Below are positions 57,193 to 64,000 of a stretch of 64,000 nucleotides of DNA, piece after piece; position 1 is the first letter of the stretch; every line of letters begins with the position of its first letter. The notes beneath the pieces were generated by a model. That model was given only the letters and a program-made list of their open reading frames with translations. It did no database searches and was not told the DNA's origin. Both the position numbers and the translations under genes were made by a program. Source of the DNA: Polaromonas sp. (GTDB lineage Bacteria > Pseudomonadota > Gammaproteobacteria > Burkholderiales > Burkholderiaceae_C); contig JBCKNJ010000001.1 in NCBI GenBank assembly GCA_038902795.1, positions 24,412 through 88,411 of the forward strand, given 5' to 3'.

Positions 57193-58371
57193 TTGGAGTC
57201 TGCTGAACTAAAGGCGTGGCTGCGGCTGACGCTGTCCCCCGGTATTGGCAACGCTACAGCCCGCAAACTGCTGGCCACGTTTGGCTCTGTACAAGCGATT
57301 TTTGAGCAGAGCGCGGCCACCTTGAAAGAGCTGGGCAGCGCCAAACTCAGCAACGCAATTGCGCTGCAACCACCCAGTCTTGATGAGTTGCTAAAAACCA
57401 CCCAGAACTGGCTGGCCGCAGGCGACGACCGCCACATCGCTGTACTGGGCGATGCTAGGTACCCGCTGGAGCTGCTCAATATCGAAGACCCTCCTTTGAT
57501 GCTGTATATGCTGGGAGTCCTTGCAAATCGAGCGCAATCAGCTACTGATTCAATAGCAAAATCAGTCACATCATTTACCCAAGGGCAACTGCTGCTGGCC
57601 ATCGTCGGTAGCCGCAACCCAACACCGCAGGGTGAGGTCAGTGCCCGGCAATTTGCCAAAGCGTTTGCCGAGGCAGGCGTTTGCGTGGTGTCGGGCATGG
57701 CGCTGGGCGTAGACGGCGCAGCGCACGAGGGCGCATTACAAGGTGGCGGCACAACCATTGCCGTGGTGGGCACAGGCCTGGATCGCGTGTACCCCAAAAA
57801 ACACCTAGCCCTGGCGCACCGCATCGCGCAGCAGGGCCTCATCATCAGCGAATTCCCATTGGGCACAGCGCCACTGACTGCCAACTTTCCCACGCGCAAC
57901 CGCATTATTGCGGGCTTGTCGCAAGGCGTGCTGGTGGTCGAGGCTGCGTTAAAGTCCGGCTCGCTCATCACAGCGCGGCTGGCCAACGAGCAGGGCAAAG
58001 ACGTGTTTGCCATACCCGGCTCCATCCACTCGCCGCAATCACGCGGCTGCCATGCACTTATCAAGCAGGGGGCCAAGCTGGTGGAAACCGCGCAGGACGT
58101 ACTTGAAGAGTTGAGAATTTCAGTTGCAGCGCCGTCATGGAGTGACGCTGCGCACGATGCGGAAGGTGACGACAGTGAAGAAGGCGACAGCCCCAGCGCC
58201 GACAAAGCATTTTTGTCAGCGCTGGGTTTTGATGTGGTCAGCCTGGACGCACTGCAAGCCCGCACCGGCATGGCAACACCCGCACTGCAAGCCCAACTGC
58301 TGGAGCTGGAGCTTGATGGCCATGTGATGCGCTTGCCGGGTGGGCTGTTTCAGCGGGTTTCGCGTACCTAG
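57193..58371 (+). CDS. dprA: DNA-processing protein A
   Basis: AIVGSRN, VVSGMALGVD, NFPTRNRIIAGLS, VVEAALKSGSLITA, VFAIPGSI; TTG start. Confidence 0.95.
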   Translation: MESAELKAWLRLTLSPGIGNATARKLLATFGSVQAIFEQSAATLKELGSAKLSNAIALQPPSLDELLKTTQNWLAAGDDRHIAVLGDARYPLELLNIEDPPLMLYMLGVLANRAQSATDSIAKSVTSFTQGQLLLAIVGSRNPTPQGEVSARQFAKAFAEAGVCVVSGMALGVDGAAHEGALQGGGTTIAVVGTGLDRVYPKKHLALAHRIAQQGLIISEFPLGTAPLTANFPTRNRIIAGLSQGVLVVEAALKSGSLITARLANEQGKDVFAIPGSIHSPQSRGCHALIKQGAKLVETAQDVLEELRISVAAPSWSDAAHDAEGDDSEEGDSPSADKAFLSALGFDVVSLDALQARTGMATPALQAQLLELELDGHVMRLPGGLFQRVSRT

Positions 58372-58387
58372 CAGCCTGTCCGACAGG

Positions 58388-61300
58388 CTACGCCGCCAAT
58401 TTGGCCTCAGGTTTTTCATAGCGCGCCAGCGCTTCAGCCCACTCCAAGCGCGCAGCCCGCAGATTGCGCGCCTTGACGTGGCCGTAGCCTTTGATCATTT
58501 CAGGAATGCGCGCCACCTCGACTGCAGCGGCGTGATTGTGGGCAGTCAGGTTTGTGAGCAGTCTGTCGATGCTGGCCTTGTACTCGCCTATCAGCGCACG
58601 CTCCATGCGGCGCTCATCGCTGCGGCCAAATACATCGAACGCTGTGCCGCGCAGGCCTTTTAGTTTGGCCAGCACTTTAAAGCCGGTCAACATCCACGGG
58701 CCAAACTTTTGTTTTTGCAGCTCACCTTTGTCGTTTTTCTTGGCAATCAACGGCGGTGCCAGGTGGTAGTTGAGCTTGAAGTCACCTTCAAACATGGCGT
58801 TGACATGGTTTAAAAACGCTGCGTCGGTGTGCAGACGCGCGACTTCGTACTCGTCTTTGTAGGCCATGAGTTTGAACAGGTAGCGGGCGACGTTTTGCGT
58901 GAGCAGCGTTTTGCCCAAAACACTTTCAAGCTGCTCGACCTTTCGGACAAAGGCTTGGTACTCGCTGGCATACGCAGCGTTTTGATAGGCGACTAGAAAC
59001 TCAACCCGTTTAGCCACCAGTTCGTCAACGCCCTGACGGGCAGCAGGCATGGCAATGACCTGGCTTGGTGTAACCAGTTTTTGCATCGCTGGCAAATCAT
59101 GCGCAGCACGCCGCCCCCATGCGAAGGCGGTTTTGTTCTGCTCGATGGCCACGGCGTTCAGTTCAATCGCGCGCATCAGGGCCTCCAGCCCCAGCGGTAC
59201 CCAGCCCTTTTGCCATGCATAGCCGAGCAGCATGGGATTGGCATAAATGCTGTCGCCCATGAGTTTGGTGGCGGCGGTGTCTGCATCAAAAGCACCGACA
59301 CCGCCAGCACCCACAGTCTTGGCAATTTCAGCCTGACAGGCGCTGCCGGGGTTTTGCCATGCGCCGTCAAGAACGAACGATGCCGTGGGCGCGCTGTGGG
59401 AGTTCAGCGCCACATGGGTGCGCCCAAGCTGCATACGTACCAGGGTTTCTTTATTGGCGCTGACTATGGGGTCGCAACCAATGATGAGGTCGGCACTCGC
59501 CGTACCAACGCGGGTCGTGCAGATCTGGCCAGGCTGCGCGCTGATGAGCACATGGCTCCAGGTACTGCCCCCTTTTTGCGCCAGGCCTGCCGCGTCCTGC
59601 GTGACGATGCCCTTGCCTTCGATGTGCGCCGCCATGCCCAGCAGCTGGCCTATGGTGATGACACCCGTGCCGCCTACGCCTGCGACGACGATGCCCCACA
59701 CAGGGTGGTCTTTGTCGAGCATCGGAATAGCCGGATCGGGTATCTCGCCCAGCTCAAACGGATTGAATTTTTTATCTGCCTTTGACTTCTGCTTCTTGAG
59801 CTGCCCGCCTTCAACCGTCACAAAGCTGGGGCAAAAACCTTTCACACATGAAACGTCCTTATTGCAGCTGCTCTGGTTGATCTGGCGCTTGCGGCCAAAT
59901 TCAGTCTCCAGCGGCTCAATGCTCATGCAGTTGGACTGCACGCTGCAGTCACCGCAACCTTCGCACACCAGCTCGTTAATGACAACACGCACCGCCGGAT
60001 CTACCAGCGTGCCGCGCTTGCGGCGGCGGCGCTTTTCAGCCGCGCAGACCTGGTCGTAAATGATGACGCTGGTACCTTTGATCTCGCGAAACTGGCGCTG
60101 TATGGCATCGAGCTCATCACGGTGATGCACGCTCACACCTTCGGCCAGTTTCACAGCCTCATATTTTTCAGGTTCATCGGTTACAACCACAATTTTTGTC
60201 GCCCCCTCGGCCCGTACCGATTGCGAAATCTGCACGACTGAATGCCCCTCGGGCCGCTCGCCAATCGGCTGGCCACCTGTCATGGCGACGGCATCGTTGT
60301 ACAGAATTTTGTAGGTGATGTTGACACCCGCTGCAATGGATTGGCGAATCGCCAGCAGCCCGCTGTGAAAGTAGGTGCCATCACCGAGGTTGGCAAACAT
60401 GTGGGTGTCAGTGGTGAAGGGTTGCTGGCCCACCCAGAGCACGCCCTCGCCGCCCATTTGCGTGAAGCCCATGGTGCTTCTATCCATCCACAGCGCCATG
60501 TAGTGGCAACCAATACCGGCCATAGCGCGTGAACCTTCAGGCACTTTGGTTGATGTGTTGTGCGGGCAGCCCGAGCAATACCACGCCGTGCGGTCGCTGT
60601 TAACCACCAGCGTGGCGAGTGATTGTTCTTTGGCTTGCAGCACCGCCAGGCGCGCGTCGATGCGGGCCATCATGTCGCTATCCAGCCCCAGCTTTTTAAC
60701 CCGCGCTGCAATCGCTTTGGCGATCAATGCGGGCGACAAATCAGCGTTGGCGCGTAGCAATGTGTTGGCTGACGGATTCGGCATGCTCCACTCGCCACCC
60801 TGGTGGTTGCCGGAATCATCAAACTTGCCGACGATGTTAGGCCGCACATCAGCGCGCCAGTTGTACAGCTCTTCTTTCAGCTGGTATTCAATCACCTGAC
60901 GCTTTTCTTCAACCACCAAAATTTCTTGCAGGCCAGTCGCAAATTCGCGCGTCAGCTGCGCCTCCAGCGGCCACACCACAGCCACCTTGTGCAGACGAAT
61001 GCCCAGCTGTTGGCAAGTCGCATCGTCAAGCCCCAAGTCCATCAAGGCCTGGCGCGTATCGTTGTAGGCCTTACCGCTGGCGATCAGGCCAAAACGATCA
61101 CGTGATGGATCAGCCTTGTTTTCAATCACGTTGTAGTTCAGCCGGTTGGCACGGATGTAGGCCAGTGCTGCATACCATTTGTAGTCAAACAAACGCTGCT
61201 CTTGCTCCAGCGGCGCATCGGGCCAGCGAATGTGCAGGCCACCCGGCGGCATTGCAAAATCAGTCGGGATGTTGATCTGCACGCGCTCAGGGTCAATCAT

Positions 61301-61972
61301 GGCGCTGGCGGATGACTCGACGATTTCTTGAATCGTCTTCATGCCCGCCCACACGCCGGCGTAGCGGCTCATGGCAAAGGCGTGCAAACCCAAGTCAAGA
61401 ATTTCCTGCACGCTGGCCGGAAAGAAAACCGGCAGGCCACAGGCCTTGAAAATATGGTCGCTTTGGTGTGCGGCGGTTGAGCTTTTGGCGATGTGGTCGT
61501 CACCGGCAATCGCAATCACGCCACCCCAGGGCGTGGTACCGGCCATGTTGGCGTGCTTGAACACATCTGACGTGCGGTCCACGCCCGGCCCCTTGCCGTA
61601 CCAGATGCCGAACACGCCATCGAACTTGTTGCTGCCCGGTGGCGCAAAGCCGAGTTGCTGCGTGCCCCAGAGCGCGGTGGCGGCCAGCTCTTCATTCACA
61701 CCCGGTTGAAAAACAATGTTGCGCTGTTTTAAATACTTGGCCGCCTTCCACAAAGCTTGGTCATAGCCACCGAGTGGTGAGCCGCGATAGCCCGAAATAA
61801 AACCCGCCGTGTTTTTGCCTTGTTGCCGATCGCGCAACTGCTGCAACATCGGCAGCTTGACGAGGGCTTGCACGCCGCTCATGAAGGCATGGCCGTAGTC
61901 AAGACTGTATTTGTCGTCCAGCGTGACGGTCTCAAGCGCTTTGCGAATGTGTTCGGGCAATGGGGCGTTCAT
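58388..61972 (-). CDS. Fused indolepyruvate:ferredoxin oxidoreductase family protein
   Basis: SGYRGSPLGG, WYGKGPGVDR, YCSGCPHN, GDGTYFHSG, CEGCGDC ferredoxin motif, GVGGTGV, AYKDEYEVARL; start moved to MNAPL 61972. Confidence 0.93.
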   Translation of the reverse strand: MNAPLPEHIRKALETVTLDDKYSLDYGHAFMSGVQALVKLPMLQQLRDRQQGKNTAGFISGYRGSPLGGYDQALWKAAKYLKQRNIVFQPGVNEELAATALWGTQQLGFAPPGSNKFDGVFGIWYGKGPGVDRTSDVFKHANMAGTTPWGGVIAIAGDDHIAKSSTAAHQSDHIFKACGLPVFFPASVQEILDLGLHAFAMSRYAGVWAGMKTIQEIVESSASAMIDPERVQINIPTDFAMPPGGLHIRWPDAPLEQEQRLFDYKWYAALAYIRANRLNYNVIENKADPSRDRFGLIASGKAYNDTRQALMDLGLDDATCQQLGIRLHKVAVVWPLEAQLTREFATGLQEILVVEEKRQVIEYQLKEELYNWRADVRPNIVGKFDDSGNHQGGEWSMPNPSANTLLRANADLSPALIAKAIAARVKKLGLDSDMMARIDARLAVLQAKEQSLATLVVNSDRTAWYCSGCPHNTSTKVPEGSRAMAGIGCHYMALWMDRSTMGFTQMGGEGVLWVGQQPFTTDTHMFANLGDGTYFHSGLLAIRQSIAAGVNITYKILYNDAVAMTGGQPIGERPEGHSVVQISQSVRAEGATKIVVVTDEPEKYEAVKLAEGVSVHHRDELDAIQRQFREIKGTSVIIYDQVCAAEKRRRRKRGTLVDPAVRVVINELVCEGCGDCSVQSNCMSIEPLETEFGRKRQINQSSCNKDVSCVKGFCPSFVTVEGGQLKKQKSKADKKFNPFELGEIPDPAIPMLDKDHPVWGIVVAGVGGTGVITIGQLLGMAAHIEGKGIVTQDAAGLAQKGGSTWSHVLISAQPGQICTTRVGTASADLIIGCDPIVSANKETLVRMQLGRTHVALNSHSAPTASFVLDGAWQNPGSACQAEIAKTVGAGGVGAFDADTAATKLMGDSIYANPMLLGYAWQKGWVPLGLEALMRAIELNAVAIEQNKTAFAWGRRAAHDLPAMQKLVTPSQVIAMPAARQGVDELVAKRVEFLVAYQNAAYASEYQAFVRKVEQLESVLGKTLLTQNVARYLFKLMAYKDEYEVARLHTDAAFLNHVNAMFEGDFKLNYHLAPPLIAKKNDKGELQKQKFGPWMLTGFKVLAKLKGLRGTAFDVFGRSDERRMERALIGEYKASIDRLLTNLTAHNHAAAVEVARIPEMIKGYGHVKARNLRAARLEWAEALARYEKPEAKLAA

Positions 61973-62048
61973 GGTTTTGTCTCTTCTCGTTAGATTGTCT
62001 TCAAGCAAAGTGTATGCATTAAAGCGAGATAAGTCTTTGCGCAAGCCC

Positions 62049-63452
62049 TCAAGCCCTCACCTCAAACATCGTCCCCATGCCACCCGCATGGTGTTCAAGC
62101 ACGTGGCAGTGGATCAGCCAGCGGCCCGGATTGTCTGCCACGAAGGCGATTTCGATGCGGTCTTGCGGCGCCATGAGCACAGTGTCGCGCCAGGGGCGCT
62201 CGGGCAGGGCCTCTCCATTGCGCGAGAGCACGCAAAAGTGGTGGCCGTGCAGGTGCATGGGGTGCCACCAGGCGGTGCGGTTGTCGAACACCATGCGCAC
62301 GGTTTGGCCCAGCCTGACGCTGAACTCGGGCGGGTGGCCCGCGTGGTGCGTCATGTGAGCATGCCCGTTGATCGTCCACACCGGGTCGGCTTCACGCGCG
62401 CCGGCCTGCTGGCGCACGCGACGCGCAGCGCGCGCCGCAGGCGGATCTTCTGGCCAGCCAAAGCGGTTCATCATGCCGCCGCCCATCACAAGTTCTTGCT
62501 GTGAGGCATTGGCGAGTACCGGTTCAGGCAGGGGCTCGCGGTGGGCAGGCATTGGGGCGGGGCGCGGCGTAGCCACGTCGCGCCCGTTCACAGCGAAGGT
62601 GCCCAGCACGCGTTGACCTCGGCCAAAGTGGTCTAGTAAAGCGTGGCTGCCCGCACGGCTGGCGTCCACCACGATGTCGGCGCGCATGCCCGGTCCTAGC
62701 AGCAACGGGCCTTCCCATAGCACGGCGCTGTCTGCGGGTACGCCATCGCGCGCAATCAGCCAGGCCGGCAGACCCGGCAACTCCAGCGCAAAAATGCGCG
62801 CATTGGCCGCGTTGATGAGGCGCAGGCGCAGGCGCTGCCCGGTCTGCAACGGCAGGGCCGGGGCGAGCTGGCCGTTCACGGTAAGGTGCTGCCCCAGGCG
62901 CCCGGCATGTGAAACATCACGGAAGTTGTAGAAGTCTTCGGCGATGCGGCCGTCCGGGCCCAGACGCCAGTCGTCGATGAGCCAGACCACGTCGGCGTCC
63001 ACGGGCGGTGGCGCATCGTCTTCCACCACCAGCGCACCCGCCAGGCCGCGATCCACCTGTTCGGGCGTACCCAGGTGCGGGTGGTACCAGAAGGTGCCCG
63101 CATCAGGCAGCGCAAAGCGGTAGCGAAAGCGCTCGCCAGGGGCCACGGGCACCTGCGTAATGTGCGGCACACCGTCCATGGCATTGGGCAGGCGCATGCC
63201 ATGCCAGTGGATGGTGCTCGGGTCGGGCAGACGGTTGAGAAACTCAAGATCCAGCACCTCGCCGCGCTTGTAGCGCAGCACCGGCCCGGGCACCTGGGCG
63301 TTATAGGCCCACACAGACAAGGCCGCCTGCCCGGCAATGGCCAGGCTGGCCGGTGCGGCGCTCAGTTCGCGCAGCGCTGCACTACCCGTCAGCGTGGGCA
63401 AGGCCAGCGCAGAGATGCTGGCCAGTCCTTGCAGTAGTTCACGGCGTTTCAT
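62049..63452 (-). CDS. Multicopper oxidase with Tat signal
   Basis: HWHG, WYHPH, HPMHLHGH, HCHVLEHHAGGM copper motifs; KRRELL leader; start could be 63476. Confidence 0.93.
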   Translation of the reverse strand: MKRRELLQGLASISALALPTLTGSAALRELSAAPASLAIAGQAALSVWAYNAQVPGPVLRYKRGEVLDLEFLNRLPDPSTIHWHGMRLPNAMDGVPHITQVPVAPGERFRYRFALPDAGTFWYHPHLGTPEQVDRGLAGALVVEDDAPPPVDADVVWLIDDWRLGPDGRIAEDFYNFRDVSHAGRLGQHLTVNGQLAPALPLQTGQRLRLRLINAANARIFALELPGLPAWLIARDGVPADSAVLWEGPLLLGPGMRADIVVDASRAGSHALLDHFGRGQRVLGTFAVNGRDVATPRPAPMPAHREPLPEPVLANASQQELVMGGGMMNRFGWPEDPPAARAARRVRQQAGAREADPVWTINGHAHMTHHAGHPPEFSVRLGQTVRMVFDNRTAWWHPMHLHGHHFCVLSRNGEALPERPWRDTVLMAPQDRIEIAFVADNPGRWLIHCHVLEHHAGGMGTMFEVRA

Positions 63453-63604
63453 GGGGTGTTTATCTGGTGCAGTCATCGACGATACGCGCCCTCTGAAGTG
63501 AGTCACGCTTCACCATCAGCCTCATTGTGCAGGGTCATGGCAGCACGTCAACCCTTATTCCACGAGCGCATGCAGGTTTATAGCGATGGGCGAAAGAATC
63601 TTGC

Positions 63605-63633
63605 GAGTTATTGGGGTCAGACACCAATAACTC
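63605..63633. repeat. Mini family C hairpin downstream of mltA
   Basis: GAGTTATTGGGGTCAGACACCAATAACTC. Confidence 0.7.
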
Positions 63634-63636
63634 TGC

Positions 63637-64000
63637 TCACTTGGGCCACAGCACCCACAGGCGTAGCGGCTGATTAACTTTGGCGGCAAACTCGCCGGCT
63701 TCAAAACCCGTGCCGGCAAAATAATCAGCCCTCACAGCACCGACGATGGCAATCCCCGTGTCCTGTGCAAACACCAGCTTTTGGAGGTTGGCCGCAGCCC
63801 CGCGCGAAGCCAGCCAGACCGGCGTGCCGTAGGGAATGCTGTCAGGATCTACGGCAATCGAGCGGCCTGGCGTTAGCGCCACACCTTGCGCCCCTTTGGG
63901 GCCAAAGGCGGCATCCAGATCATTGAGTGCTTCTTCTTTAAAAAAGATGTAGCGCGGGTTGCTCCACAGCAGTTGCGGCACACGCTGCGGGTTTTGTGCG
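63637..64000 (-). CDS. mltA: Membrane-bound lytic murein transglycosylase A, 3' part (cut by window edge)
   Basis: NPRYIFF, GAQGVALTPGRSIAVD, AQDTG.AI.G..RAD 3D domain. Confidence 0.9.
   Translation of the reverse strand, partial: AQNPQRVPQLLWSNPRYIFFKEEALNDLDAAFGPKGAQGVALTPGRSIAVDPDSIPYGTPVWLASRGAAANLQKLVFAQDTGIAIVGAVRADYFAGTGFEAGEFAAKVNQPLRLWVLWPK

Noticed and set aside
57123-58271. Long antisense ORFs (382 aa opposite dprA; also 764..1630, 22463..23401, 49464..50474)
   Set aside because: Shadow frames of well-supported GC-rich genes with no recognisable motifs

Overview
Betaproteobacterial chromosomal DNA whose gene content and order resemble Comamonadaceae/Burkholderiales. The dominant structure is a giant inverted duplication: 1..24867 is the reverse complement of 25128..49994 (position i pairs with 49995-i), with a 260-bp unique spacer at 24868..25127. 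About 22 genes are therefore present twice in mirror image (pyk 3' end, fba, purC, cnoX/ybbN-like, purE, purK, tsaC/sua5, rarA, lolA, ftsK, trxB, rpmB, rpmG, desaturase, RsmB/NOP methylase, a three-gene accessory island, prfC, Lrp regulator, mdeB-type E1). The fold-back truncates a secreted-protein gene at the end of its signal peptide. A library/assembly chimera is the leading explanation, but a real inversion-duplication cannot be excluded. 49995..64000 is unmirrored within the window (pyk 5' part, an inserted intradiol dioxygenase-like gene, pgk, azlD/azlC, fmt, def, LysM protein, dprA, fused indolepyruvate oxidoreductase, multicopper oxidase, mltA 3' end). The most interesting biology is in small elements: (1) an integrase-less array of attC-like hairpins in front of accessory genes; (2) several families of palindromic MITE/REP-like elements with interchangeable shells and cores, one inserted in-frame in lolA; (3) a GCTA-N9-TAGC repeat translated inside several core proteins; (4) accessory genes bracketed by GGGGTCAG elements. 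No rRNA, tRNA, CRISPR array, transposase or integrase was seen. All calls are by eye from the sequence and ORF track; no searches were run.
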